A stretch of 64,000 nucleotides of DNA from Macrostomum lignano (GCA_002269645.1 NIVC01001171.1:1-64000), one strand, 5' to 3'. Counted from the stretch's first letter, positions 22,887 to 36,990 are shown. Made by a program: numbers and translations. The notes: generated from the letters alone by a model not told the origin.

Positions 22887-25800
22887 CTAAGCCTGCGCCT
22901 GCGCTACCTGCTTGTCAGCTTTGGACTGCACCGGCAGGTACAGCTTGAACTCTGCGGGCAGCTCGTCTTCGGTGTACAGCCGGTCGGAGAAGTACACCCG
23001 GCGGATGCGGCAGTTGGCGTGGATCTGCGGGAGTTGAATCATTGCTAATCCAATTCTTTGTTCTTTGATGTTTACCGCTCCCGCACACTTCTTACCTATC
23101 TGTGGTCTTTGATGTTTACCGCTCTCACAGACTTCTGATCTATCTGTGGTCTTTGATGCTTACCGCTCCCGCACACTTCTTATCTATCTATGGTCTTTGA
23201 TGTTTACCGCTCCCGCACACTTCTTATCTATCTGTGGTCTTTGATGCTTACCGCTCTCACATACTTCTTATCTATCTGTGGTCTTTGATGCTTACCGCTC
23301 CCGCACACTTCTTATCTATCTGTGGTCTTTGATGCTTACCGCTCCCGCACACTTCTTATCTATCTGTGGTCTTTGATGCTTACCGCTCCCGCACACTTCT
23401 TATCTATCTGTGGTCTTTGATGCTTACCGCTCTCACATACTTCTTATCTATCTGTGGTCTTTGATGTTCCCCGCTCCCGCACACTTCTTATCTATCTGTG
23501 GTCTTTGATGCTTACCGCTCTCACATACTTCTTATCTATCTGTGGTCTTTGATGTTCCCCGCTCCCGCACACTTCTTATCTATCTGTGGTCCTTGATACT
23601 CACCGCTCTCTCACACTCCGTATCTATATATGGTCTTTGATGTTCACCGCTCTCACACCTCTTATCTATCTGCGGTATCTGCTCTTTTTTAATTTGATTT
23701 GCCAATTCTAACAAAAATTACCCGCCTCCTGATTGCACCAACCTGAACGCGCAGAGTCTCAATGTAGTTAGTGCCGTAGGCTCGCCTAGTGAAGTCGGAC
23801 AAGTTGAACTGGATCTGGTTCCAGCCCTCGTCCAGGCGCATCGGCATGGTGCAGATAAACGGTTTCACCCGGGTGGTGCTCTGATAGTTCGAGGCGCGGA
23901 ATCTGCGCCGAACATGCTTGTCGTCCAAAATCTAAAGTTTTTGAAGTTTTGTTTAAATTTTTAAATTTATTGGAAAACTAATATATTGGAGTTGCTAGAA
24001 AAAATTAACAATGAATTTATTTTTACCTGAATTTCAAAAGTAAAGTACTTTTTCAAGTTTTTGATGATCATGACCAAGAAAGGCAATTTGATGCCAAGGT
24101 CCTTGTCTTTATCTTTTGGACAGGTGATAAAAGTTGTACTGACATTGGTGCCAACAATTTCTAGGACAAGTGATTGGATGTCATTGTCAGTGATGCGTTT
24201 TATGTGACCATTGCGTACCTACAATTAAGAAAGTATTTTATTATTATTTCTATGTAAATTAACAGTAAATTTTTGGGTACAGGGCTGATAAAGTGTTTAA
24301 ATAAGCATAAAAATAAAACAAGAAAATAATGAAATAACTTTTGATATATCAAGTATAATATTAAATTGCTTAGGATGAATTATACTTAAGGCCGCCTATT
24401 GTTTAAAGATACAACAAAAATTAATAATAATAGAAACTTCTGTTAAGATAAAATAAGCTTAATATATCAAATAAGTTTTTATCAGACCTACTCAAGTATT
24501 TATACACATTAAAAATGGCAAATTTAATCAACAATTTATAAAAAATGATTAGATAAATCCAAAAATACATTTTAAAATGCATTTCGAAAAATAAAACAGC
24601 TAAACTTATATTATTTTAAATTATTAAAATATAATATAATATAAACCCAAAATTTCATAACTCCAAAAACAAAAAACCATTGCCTATCATAAACCCAAAA
24701 TAAATCAAACCTAAAATTTCAAATATCATAACTCAGAAAGTTCTAGCAATAGCTATCCAATAAATCAATAATATTTTAATTTTTTGGAGTTATGATATGA
24801 TATAGCCTAAATTTTTGTTCTCTAATATTAGAAGTATTGGACTTATTAAAAATTAATTCCTACTACCTAAGTCTGGTATTCAAAAAAGAACAATAAAAAA
24901 TGCCACTTTACAAAAGTTACTTTTGTATTAAAAGAGCTGGAAATACTAGAACTTTGCCCAATAATATATTTAGTGTACAAAAGATTATAAAAGATATTGG
25001 TCTATCTTTTGTTAAGTATACATGTATAAATTTATGATTTATTAATTTATACATTTTAATATAATGTAAACCTTTTTACTTTGTATCTTTAATAATCTAA
25101 AAGATTTAGTTAGGACTAGCAATAGCATACTAATGCATTTTGCCAAGCATATCTAATGTTGGCAATTGTCAAGTTCCATTTGTTAAATTATTTTGACTCC
25201 AGAAAAGTAATCTACAAACTATTTTAAGAACAAAAAACTATTTCTAAGAGACCCAAGCCTGATTAAGCACTAATTCTATGCTTCTAAACTTATTGTAATG
25301 AGACTAATGCTGGTAAGCTGCAAATAGTCTATGGCCAAAATGTTTAAACATTTTGCAACTTGGAAAATGTCTATGGACTAGTCCAAATGTCTATGGTCTT
25401 TAACAAGTTAACAAATAACAAATAAATAGAAAAAAGTCTTAAATTTATCAGCTACAGCAAAGTTAACTCTTCAATGTCATGGCTAGATGCCTTCCTGCAT
25501 CATTTTTCATTATTTTTCCTGCACAAGTGCAGCCAGCATTGGCTTTGTGTGATATGGAAATAACCATCATAAATGCGCAACAGTCGGCCGAGTCGGCCGA
25601 TCCGGCCGATCGATTTGGCGGCCAACCAAGGAAGTTGCAAAAACACCCACCCAAAAAAACACCCAAGTAGTAGTACTAAGTAGCTGACGAGGCATTTTTT
25701 CTTAATAAGACAGTGATAGTTACTCCTGCCGCTTACCCAAAGTTGCGTTAATTTTGCTTTAGGGTTTTTTACATGTAAGTCGCATTTTTGTTAAAACTAA

Positions 25801-28800
25801 GTCGCACGGCCGACCAAATTTTGGAGGTTGCGCATGTATGATAACCGGGAGTACGAGATCTGCTAGCAGGAAATCTGCTAGCCGAAGTTTGCTAGCGAGA
25901 AATTTGCTTGCCGAAATCTGCTAGCCGAAGTTTGCTAGCCGAAATCTGCTAGCCGAAATCTGCTAGCCGAAATCTGCTAGCCGAAGTTTGCTAGCAGGAA
26001 TTTTGCTAGCGAGGATTTTGCTAGCCAAAATCTGCTAGCAGGAATTTTGCTAGCAAGGATTTTGCTAGCTGCCTTGCTCTCGTAGCTGTTGCATGCTATT
26101 TGCTGTGTTTTGATTCCGATTTGAGCTGCTTTGATTCGTACGAGTAAATATATAACTTATATACCATATACTGCCACTACCAGCCATTAAGACTGAAAGT
26201 TGTGTGTATAGATAAGTTTAAATTTAACTACCTAAACTACAGCTGCCTGAGCTACCTGAACTACGGCCTTACAGCTGATAATGCTAAAACATTATCAAAT
26301 GTCTACGAGTAAAAAAGGTCAAAAATTATAAATGATTTTGACGATTTCCAAGTGCAGTTTTAGCATATACAGTACTTTAGCATACGAGCGTACAGTAACA
26401 CACATGTTGGTGTACAGTATCTATAGCTAGATACATGTATGTCCAAGGTACAATTTACTATAGCTATATGTATTGTTAATGTATAGATATTTTCCATCGC
26501 TTACGGCACTGTGTACAAGCAAAAACTCTATGCAGGTGTGGCCCACAAGCTCTTACCCTGTGATCATGGATGTAATATATTTACTTTATTCAATAGCTTG
26601 TATATGAACTTTTCAATCCACCTACGTTAAAACCTAAATCTTATTTTCTTTTTGTCTATGACTTCATCTACTGATTGCGTTTTAACACGTACATGTACGA
26701 GAACCCACGGCGAAGGCTAGGCGGCAGATTAAGTCGTCCAGATTGGACAATAAAAAATGTCTCTAGCAAATTACAACTTCGTAAATTGCTGTTCGTCGGT
26801 TTTGGTTAGATTATTGCTAGCAGATTTCGGCTAGCAAAATCCTCGCTAGCAAAATTCCTGCTAGCAAACTTCGGCTAGCAGATTTCGTCCAGCAGATTTT
26901 GGCTAGCACATTTCAGTTAGCAAACTTCGGCTAGCAGATTTCGTCCAGCAGATTTTGGCTAGCACATTTCAGTTAGCAAACTTCGGCTAGCAGATTTCGT
27001 CCAGCAGATTTTGGCTAGCACATTTCAGTTAGCAAACTTCGGCTAGCAGATTTCGTCCAGCAGATTTTGGCTAGCACATTTCAGTTAGCAAACTTCGGCT
27101 AGCAGATTTCGTCCAGCAGATTTTGGCTAGCACATTTCAGTTAGCAAACTTCGGCTAGCAGATTTCGTCCAGCAGATTTTGGCTAGCACATTTCAGTTAG
27201 CAAACTTCGGCTAGCAGATTTCGTCCAGCAGATTTTGGCTAGCACATTTCAGTTAGCAAACTTCGGCTAGCAGATTTTGGCTAGCAGATTTCGGCTAGCA
27301 GATTTTGGCAAGCAAATTTCTCGCTAGCAAACTTTGGCTAGCAGATTTCCTGCTAGCAAATTTCATAGACCCATGATAACCAAGCAAGACCTTGCTATGA
27401 TGACAGCTACAACACGTGACCTAATTAACTAGCTAGCAACCTGCCAACTTATTGCCAACCAGTGTGCCTATAATAACTGCCCTGGTATACCTCTTTGACT
27501 GCAATATCGTCAAGGTGATTAGTTCATTGATGGGTATACTTGGGCCTATCCTGGTTGCGATGCCCAAGGCTTAATCCAGAAGGATTCTTTTTTGAAGGGA
27601 GCCACTTAGAGCTGCACCAACTTATTGATATAATCTACTAGTGGTCAGTGGATGCTAGGCAGCAAGAATGTATGCACTAGTGTGACATTAGCTATTAGTC
27701 AATAATTGACTGGCAGAACTTCATCTATAAAATTTGTGCCTAGTACCTATTGGACCATCCAATGTAGCTTGGTAGTGTTAGGTGAGAAGTGGAAATTGAT
27801 GAGTCATATTTCTTCTATTGCAAGTACTACCAAGGTGCCTATCAGCATGGTCAGTGGGTATTAAGCATAGTTGAATGTGGAACATGCAAGTGCATTCTAG
27901 TTGCTGTGCCTAACCATATTGCCATAACAATGCTACCAATTATTCAACAGCATGTGCTCCTAGGGATGTGCATAATTACTAATGGCTGGCAAGCCTTTGG
28001 CCAACTGCAAAACCATACAGTTGTTAATCATCAATTGGCCTTTGTATTTCTGCAGGACCCAACCATCTATACAAATCTGGTCAAAGGCACATGGGCACAT
28101 TGCAAGGCTAAGCTGTGCACAATGCATGGGACCTCACAAGCCCTATTTGAAACATACTTAGAGAAATTTATGTGGCATTATCTGCACCTAGTAAAACTAT
28201 TTGGGAATATCCTTTATTGGATTTTCTATTACTATAGTGTGTAAAGCTTTTACTGTTTATTGACAATCTGACCATAGACAATAATGAGACTTGTTATTTG
28301 TTTCTATTAAGAATTGTTGATTTGTTAACATTTTGGCCATAGACTATTTGTAGCTTTCCAGTGTCAGTCCCATTACAACAAGTTTAAAAGCATAGAATTA
28401 GTGTTTATTCAGGCGTAGGTCTCTTAAAAAAGTTTTTTGTACTTAAAATAGTTTGTAGATTACTTTTCTGGAATCATAATAATTTAATGAACAGAACTTA
28501 AAAATTGCCCTAATGTTTATATATTAAAAAAAACTATAGGATAGGATAGGCTTAGTAGCAATCCTATACTTTTGTTCAATAAATTATTTTGATATCAAAT
28601 TTGTATATAAGCAAAGTTTGTATGTTAGAATTTGATTAACCTTTGATATACCATTTGATATATAATTGATTATCATTTATGGTATAGGACCAAGACTGCC
28701 ACACTTAGGAGCTTGGAAAGGAATTTGGCTCAATGTGTTATTAAATGGTACAAGAGAGAAGATAAGTAGGTAGGAGAGCCAGCAGGACAAGCCTGCAAGA

Positions 28801-30358
28801 GAGGAACCTATGACTAGGCCTATGAGAGGAATAGCAATGATAAAAGATTGGTAGTTCCCTCCTTAATACCAATAGCCAATAATAGCTGTGGTGGTCTTAG
28901 TGTGTGGCAGTCTTAGTCATGCACCTCATTTATTAGCTAGTAGTTGTTTCATTGGGAATTCTTAGAATTAGCTAGGCCTACTGAGCAAAAATTTGATGTC
29001 AAAATAATTTAATATAGGATGACGCATGACTAAGACTGCCACACACCAAGACTGCCATAGCTATTACTGACTATTGGTATTAAAGGGGAGCTACCAATCT
29101 TTTATCATTGCTATTCCTCTTATAGGCCTAGTCATAGGTTCTTTCTTGTAGGCTTGTCCTGCTAGCTCTCCTACCTACTCATCTTTTTTCTAGGGTTTCC
29201 AATTCATTTGTCTGCCAACAGTTTGTCTGCTAAGTAGACGAAATGCCCTTTCCTTTTAAAACTTTTCGTCTGCTGGGAAATGGGATGGGGATAAGGAGTA
29301 GGGGTGGGGAGCTAGGGAGCGGAGGGACTGGAGGAGCTGCCACTGTCCATTAACATTGTTATAAAGCACTGTATATAGCCTGGTCTTTCATTTTTTAACA
29401 AACTATTTTACAATCACCTAAAATAAGAAAGCTTAACTTAAAACAGTAGAAGGAAATTGCTACAAATTTGATAAAGATAAAATATCAGCGAATAGTTATT
29501 CAAAATTATTCAAATTGACAAAATTTCCAGTAGGCACTATAATGCATAGATGACATATTTTGAAGATATTTATTTTGAAGAGACCAACCATCCCTACAGC
29601 AGTTTAACAATGTTAGGCCCTAATGAATGAAAAAGTTGCAGGTTGGGCAGCTCCCCACCCCACTCCATATCCCCTGGCCCCACCCCCCAATTTCCCGGCA
29701 GACGAACAGTTTTAGAAAGAGAAAACTTTTTGTCTGCTCAATAGATGAACTATTAGCAGACGAAATGACTGGCATCCCTTTCTAGCACTATTCAATAACA
29801 CATTGAGCCAAATTCCTCTCCTAGCTTTTAAGTGTGGCAGTCTTGGTCCTACACCTATAGGATTGCTGCTGGCCTAGCTTCTAGTGTAGCAATTAGAATT
29901 AGTATCAATTTAAAATATGATATAATAATATCTAGTAGAATATTCTAATTTAGATAGATAGCTGAGACATTATTGAATGAACTTTAATAAATCTACCTAA
30001 TACCATTTTACTAAGTCCAAAGCAATGTTTTATCTGTTCCTTGCAAATAGATACATTAGAATGTAAGAATGTACTTAACATACTAAACAGTAAACTAGGC
30101 AGTCTAAACAATAGAATATAGGTAATGTATGCAGTTGTGTAAGTAAGAAAACAGAACGCTTAGGCCTAGTTTGAATTAATTTCTAAATTATAATCGACTG
30201 TACCTGTACGTGTTGAAACTATGTTTCATCGAGAAAAAAGATGACAAACTGCAAGCAAGGAGAATGCAAATTACCGTTTGGCTCCAAATCATCAACGGCT
30301 TGCTGCCGATGCTGTACAATATTGAAAGGAATCCACTTTGAAATGTGTTCTTAAACAT
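22887..30358 (-). CDS. CFAP20: Cilia- and flagella-associated protein 20 (BUG22), about 200 aa; exons 30358-30275, 24218-24027, 23931-23743, 23024-22887
   Basis: [22 protein letters not shown] | [21 protein letters not shown]...[24 protein letters not shown] | [44 protein letters not shown]...LRVQ | [17 protein letters not shown]...EFKLYLP. All three introns are canonical GT-AG, phase 0. Confidence 0.97.
23062..23675. repeat. 44-bp minisatellite in CFAP20 intron 3
   Basis: Unit TCTGTGGTCTTTGATGCTTACCGCTCCCGCACACTTCTTATCTA. Confidence 0.93.
25847..27372. mobile_element. Non-autonomous MULE/Foldback-like element (1526 bp) in CFAP20 intron 1
   Basis: TIR GGG...TGCTAGCAGGAAATCTGCTAGC with long GCTAGC-rich subterminal arrays in opposite orientation. 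Exact 9-bp TSD ATGATAACC at 25838-25846 and 27373-27381. Confidence 0.9.
27500..28244 (+). pseudogene. Merlin (IS1595/IS1016-like) DDE transposase remnant
   Basis: VEIDESYF...GQWV..IVE.GT.KC.LVAVP...[14 protein letters not shown](T)NGWQAF...TVVNH...W...K...HG.....YL..FMW follows the Merlin pattern. The second catalytic D appears as N. Confidence 0.85.
28681..29855. mobile_element. Nested inverted-repeat elements: outer TIRs 28681-28745 and 29790-29855, an inner hairpin with about 165-bp arms (28761-29185) and a further IR pair (about 29195-29775)
   Basis: GGTATAGGACCAAGACTGCCACACTTA versus TAAGTGTGGCAGTCTTGGTCCTACACC. The inner arms differ mostly by C/T and G/A transitions. Confidence 0.72.
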
Positions 30359-33024
30359 GGCTGAAGGATCACACAGCTCACTTTAAAACACTTAATTTGG
30401 AGGCCTAGCGCCAGCCAGTTGGCCACCTACAAGAAGGGGAGTGATAAAAACGGAAAAATAAAGTTTTTAATATTTTGAAACGGCGCAAATGTAGTCAATG
30501 GTTTCTGCCAAAAAGTGCAGCAAGAATACTCGTTGCCCCCCAAAGTAGATCTAAACCAGAATAATGAATTTTTTAATGTGCAGAAACTATTTATAAGTTT
30601 TTAGCACCTGAAACAACTATCTGGTAGTTTTGTGCGATTACAAAATCGCTTTTATAACTTAATGTCTTTTATGTTGTTTAGCTAACGCAAATATTTGATG
30701 CTTTAGAACCGGAAAGAATATAGGAATTCGCACTGGTTTCTCTCCAGCTGATGCACAAACTTTTTGCTGGTGAACCGGAATTAACGGATGCTGATCGTAT
30801 TTAATAAAAGTAAGATATATATAAACATATATTGATACATAACCGTTTGGATTATGCATAGGGGTAGATGTATACATGATCGACGTATAACACTCTAGCT
30901 ACTAAAAGACTTTTCTATATATTTAACGCTATTAACAGCACAAAAAATTGCAAAAAAGACTCAAGGACGAGACTTAAGTCGTCCTTGACAAGAAATTGAC
31001 AACAGCAATTAATCGTGAATCGGAGGGGCCAGCCAGAAAAAGGAAGCCAGAGGATCGATGGGCCAGCGTGAATCAGCTAGGAAACAGTTTCATAACCAAT
31101 TAATTTTGTTGTGCTCACACTTGATCATAAAGCATATGCAGTACTTGTATTTAGATTGTACTTATTCGATTCTTTTGTACGACCACGTGATACTCTTAAT
31201 TAAGCATTTTCTGTGTGTGTCGTTATGACACTGAATTTTACATGTACTATGTTTGCCGTCACAGTCCACTTGTTTTAGCAATTAATTAACATACATGTAC
31301 ATGTACGTAAAGCTAGCTGTGTAGCTGCGCACAACGCAATGGACAGATACATATACATGTAGTCTCGCTGGTTTTTTATTAATGTTTTTCATCAATGTAA
31401 CGTCAGAATCAATGAATACAAAGAGAATATCCAAGCTGTGGCGAGCTCTATTTTTGCACATTACAAATTAATGTACATGTACATGTTCTCGTTTTACATG
31501 TATATCAAGGCTCTGTAGGAACCTTTCTACTAATGCACGAAGGTCTCTGCGATTTAGAAGGAAGGCTCCAAGGGAAGGGAATCCAAGGGAATCTAAAGTG
31601 CTCACCGTATTATGATGTATACCAGCTCAGTAAAGGGAATAACAAGATTTTAATTGTCCAATCCGACCAAGTTTATACGAGTGTAGTCAACTCATTGGTC
31701 CATCTTTTTGGATAACCTAATTTGTACATGTACTTGTAGTAAGGTAGCCAATGAAAAATTTGTATGGTGAGATGCAACTGTACATGTACATTGTATAAAA
31801 GCCATGCATGGAGACATGTGAATTATGCAAGGCTAGTACTGCACGCCTAGGCGTCAGTAGCACAAATTCCAACATTGGCCAGTCTAGTGTGAAGGACCAT
31901 ATTAACCCAATCCCAATTTCCAAACAGCTGCAAAATCGCAGTGAAAAGGAGGCAAGAGCTGTATAGCTTGGAACCGACTGCATGCAGGTTTTTAAACGCA
32001 CGCAATCTAAATTCACTTTCGGCTGCAGCTTACACTGTATACGCAGTGTTAAGTGTATTATTAACGCGTTTTAGCGACCGGTTTTGTAGCTTTTGAATTG
32101 GACTGTGCTGCTGCATAAGCAGTGTTTAAATGGGAATCAGCAGCGACTTCAATCCTGGGTGATGGCTATCTCTTAGCGCTTTCCCTCTCGCGGTTACATA
32201 AGCAGCAGCAAACAGGAAGTAGCTAGCCTTGGTTAAAAACTCTCTTCCCAATTTGTTATTCACTCTCTCTCTCTCTTTCAGGGACTCTTTTCTTTCAGAG
32301 TCAGCCTGGCCCAACCAGTCCAGCCAACGTCCTTATCTAAGAAGTCAATCGATACCTCATCAACAGCTACCAAATTTGTTCGCTGTAATCCGAGAATACA
32401 CCGCGGCTGTTTGGCTGAGTTTTGAGTTTTCCAGATTGTCGGCAGGGAATCTCAAGAAAAATAAGCCTCAAGTTTGCTGGTCCGTCTCTGGTCCCTTCCA
32501 TTTTTCTGCTGATGCAGTCAGTCTGCTTTCGTTTGCGTCAAACTTCTGAGAGATAAGAATCTGATGGGTTGATTGCGGAACTGACAGTTCCTAGTAAATT
32601 AGACTCCGTCAGCCAAGGACATCTAAATCCAGGGTCTGGATTGGCTTTCTTGAAGTTTCTGTAATGTTCACAAGCCTATTCACCAGGTGGAACATTGGTT
32701 TTCCCCAGTCTATATGGACTTTGGCTTTGGAAAAATACAAGCTGGAGACATGGAAGCCCTTGCGTTGTTTTTTTCTCTAAGCGGATTTTTCTCTCGTCCG
32801 ATACATAAAAATACTTTTTATGACCCCGAGGACAGATACTTAATGACATGTTTAGTAGGCAAGCAATTGATCAGCTATGAAAAGTACTTAAGACACGGAA
32901 GCAGCAAAAACTCATTATTGGCTACAATTTTTGTGTTGAAAATCTCGTGTCTATCTGTTCAAATGTATTATGGGCTAAAAATCAGCATTGAAAAACGCGA
33001 AGATAATTAAATTCGTCCTTGCAT

Positions 33025-33572
33025 GACCCTCCTAGGCTACGCCACTGCTCAAGGATGACCTCCCTAGGCTACGCCACTGCTCAAGAATGACCTCCCTAGG
33101 CTGGCTCAAGGATGACGCCCTAGACTACGCCACTGCTCAAGGATGACCCCCTAGGCTACGCCACTGCTCAAGAATGACCCATTTAAACTACGCCACTGCT
33201 CAAGGATGACCCATTTAAACTAAGCCACTGCTCAAGGATGACCCATTTAAACTACGCCACTGCTCAAGGATGACCCATTTAACCTAAGCCACTGCTCAAG
33301 GATGACCCATTTAACCTAAGCCACTGCTCAAGGATGACCCATTTAACCTAAGCCACTGCTCAAGGATGACCCATTTAACCTAAGCCACTGCTCAAGGATG
33401 ACCCATTTAACCTAAGCCACTGCTCAAGGATGACCCATTTAACCTAAGCCACTGCTCAAGGATGACCCATTTAACCTAAGCCACTGCTCAAGGATGACCC
33501 ATTTAAACTAAGCCACTGCTCAAGGATGACCCATTTAAACTACGCCACTGCTCAAGGATGACCCATTTAAAC
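33025..33572. repeat. 32-bp minisatellite (TAAGCCACTGCTCAAGGATGACCCATTTAACC)
   Basis: Direct periodicity. Confidence 0.93.
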
Positions 33573-34559
33573 TGAGCTCTCCTTTCTTTATAAAAATGAG
33601 CATCATTAAATCCGATGGCACTCCAGATTCTAGGCCTCGTACTCCTGGCACGCAGTCCGCCATCTTGCTTTGAATTTTGTTGTCATCAAAGCCCAATCCT
33701 GCAGGCTTTGCAGTGACTTACTTTGTTATCTATATCTGTTGCCAAGTCTTACTGGATAATATTCTCACTCGATGCCTAGGGGCTAGAGAGGCCTAGATGA
33801 TCCCAACTGCCCGTCTTCAAATCCCTTGCTCGAATCCCTTTGATCCCAGGGATAGTTTCAAGGCTTCGAGACGCCTCGGCTAATATCTATAAGCGAAGTA
33901 GCCATTGTTACGTAATCGGTGGTAGCCGGCCAGCAAATTCCTCAGCAGCAGCAGCAGTAGCAGCTGTTTCTCGCGCCCACTGCAGTCAGGGCTGGCCCCT
34001 CCCCGCCAAATCCTTGGGAAATAATCCCAATCCCTAAACGACTGGCTCGCCTGATACTGATGAAAAAAATTAGTCCAGTTCCCTGTCCCTCTTTCACAGA
34101 TATCTGTGCGAATTTGAAAGCATCGGCTAGCCAGCCGAGCCCCTAACAGCTTACGTCAGTCCAGATGAATAGCGAAGGGTTTTTTTACACTCTAAAATCA
34201 CTCCCTCACCCCCACTTTAACCTTGCTGGCTGGCTCCGTCTGTCTGTGACGGCACCGAGGGTCAGATATATTTAGGCTGTTTTAAACTGTCTTATTTCTC
34301 GAAATGGCTTAGCAACTGTTAGGATTAATTCTACCCCCCCCCCACTTATTTCTAGGAAAGCTGCGAGGATGTAAAGGCACTGACTTTGACATCCAACACG
34401 GGGAGCTGCTGGCTTCCAGCTTCAAATGCGTTGTATTGATGTCTCTCTTCTGCTAGTAGGGAAGTGGCAGAAAGGTTGACAGAACTCCTCCGAGTGGCGA
34501 AAGGGTCTGTCTTTCATCTGTGCCTGAAATTGGAGTCATTTAAATGCATAGATCAATTG

Positions 34560-34960
34560 GAATCTACAGGTAATCTATTAATCTTCTGAATGACTATCTA
34601 CTCTACAGGTATCTTCTGGATGAGTATCTACAGGTAATCTAGTAATCTTCTGAATGACTATCTACTCTACAGGTATCTTCTGGATGAGTATCTACATGTA
34701 ATCTAGTAATCTTCTGGATGAGTATCTACATGTAATCTTGTAATCTTCCGGATGAGTATCTACAGGTAATCTATTAATCTTCCGGATGAGTATCTACAGG
34801 TAATCTATTAATCTTCTGGATGAGTATCTAAAGGTAATCTAGTAATCTTCTTATCGAGTATCTACAGGTAATCTTGTAATCTTCTGGATGAGAATCTACA
34901 GGCGATGTGACAGTCTTCTACGAACGCAAGTGAGCATCTAAAGGTAATCTGACGTCTTCT
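34560..34960. repeat. Degenerate 34-bp repeat (GAGTATCTACAGGTAATCTAGTAATCTTCTGGAT)
   Basis: Direct periodicity with variants. Confidence 0.85.
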
Positions 34961-36569
34961 GAATGAGAATTACTCGATTAAATCCAGAAGGAGTTTAAGG
35001 ACCAGCTGATCAATTGAAGATAGCTCATAAATAAGCATTACGGACAGCAGCAATAAAGACAAATAGCCTCTTCAATTTAATCCCCGATTGCAACTGCAAC
35101 TGCCTGACTGCCCAAGCTCAGCCTGCACTGTCTGGGTGGAAATCCTGCCGATACAAAAGGCGTCAAATCCGACCTCCCTGCTGAGTCAATCGGCCTCCTA
35201 AATCCTTTTCCCGGGATTTTGTAACCCGATATCCCCCGTAACTAATCCCGCAACCTGCACCGGTCTGTCTGACCCCCGTGACCCCCCCATGCGGATTGAG
35301 TTTTGATCCTCAATTGGGAAGCGGGCTGCAGGCTGTACAGATTTCAATCCCTCCCTATTAAGCATATCTCCCCCTGTCCCTTCCAGCAATGCCACACGAT
35401 ATATTGCGTTACCCCAATCGAGGTAATGAATCGGACGGGCGGAGGTGCGGGCGGAAGTTCGAACTCGCAAGGGCTTAGCAGTGGAGCTTTAAATGCAAAA
35501 TCTGGAATTTGTTGGATGAATTGATTTGTGGCTGCCGTGTAAGGAACTCAAGATTGTGATGCAAGGGACACTAAAGCTTAAGTAATGTCTCTTGGTGTTC
35601 ACACCCTTGACTTACTTTTGAGTCAGTCAATCTTGAGTCAGTCAATCTTGTGTTCACACCCATTTGAGTTAAAAATTGATGATGAAGAGATGAAGGAGGA
35701 GAGAAGAGACAAACCTTGATTTAAAATAAAATTTACTTAACACTTCATACTATCCATTGAAGCTTACCAACTTCCAGTGCTTTTTAAAGAAAATAACAAA
35801 CCTTCTAGAAATTCTCCTCCAGATCCTATATTCAGATCTCCATGCCTGAACTCGAGATCCGGGCTGATCAAGCAGCTCATAGATAGCGGATACATTCTGG
35901 CCGAAGGCAGGCTAGAATATGAGCCTCGATTCTCTTCTCAATTAATGGGATCGGGGAGCGCACAGGCACAGACAAAAAATATAATAATATCTCTGCCGCT
36001 ACTGCCCCTGCGGACACTGTGTATCAAATCAGACTCAATGACCGGGACTGGATGACAGACATCATACGGAGAGGGGGGAGGGGCGGATGGCTCGATGGCG
36101 ACCCTCCGGTGTTGCGTCATCCCTGATAGGAAACTGGGAAATGGGATAATTTTCGCACTCCGGGGAAGGAGCCCGGCGCGAGAAATCCCAGTCCCCTATA
36201 CTCGGGAGTTTTTCCCCAACAGGCTGACCCCGGTGGGGTGAAGTCTCCCAGCGATGTGAGAAATTTCCTGGCATGCTGTATTGGGATGCTGAGTGGAGAG
36301 TTGATGAAGCTTCACTGGGATTTTGATCTCATGAATTAATGATGCTTGCTGCTCCGGCCAAAAACTGGAAAATGCGCGTCAGGCGACCCCGCATAGTTGA
36401 TGCATTTTGACAGATTTGTTATTCCAAGAGTTTGCTGTTGCTGGGTCAACTTCGAAGCAAGCTTGTTTTGAGTTTCAAAAGTGAATGGCATATTTATTGC
36501 GCCATCTAAATGACAATTCCCTTCTAATGACAGCCGCCACTTTCCATGACAACCTCACTTTTCATGAGT

Positions 36570-36990
36570 GCAATTGATAATGACAGCGCCATTTGTTAAT
36601 GACAGCGTCGTTGATAATGACAGCGCCATTTGTTAATGACAGCACAATTGATAATGACAGCGCCATTTGTTAATGACAGTGCCATTGATAAAGACAGCGT
36701 CATTTGTTAATGACATCGCCACTGATAATAACACAATGCCATTGATAATTACATAATGCATTGATAATTACAGTTTGATTGATAATGACAGCACAATTGA
36801 TAATGACAGCGCCATTTGTTAATGACAGCGCCATTTGTTAATGACAGCATCATTGATAATGACAGCATCATTGATAATGACAGCATCATTGATAATGACA
36901 GCATCATTGATAATGACAGCATCATTGATAATGACAGCATTATTGATAATGACAGCATCATTGATAATGGCAGCATCATTGATAATGGCA
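36570..36990. repeat. 18-bp repeat (GATAATGACAGCATCATT) with degenerate left part
   Basis: Direct periodicity. Confidence 0.88.
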
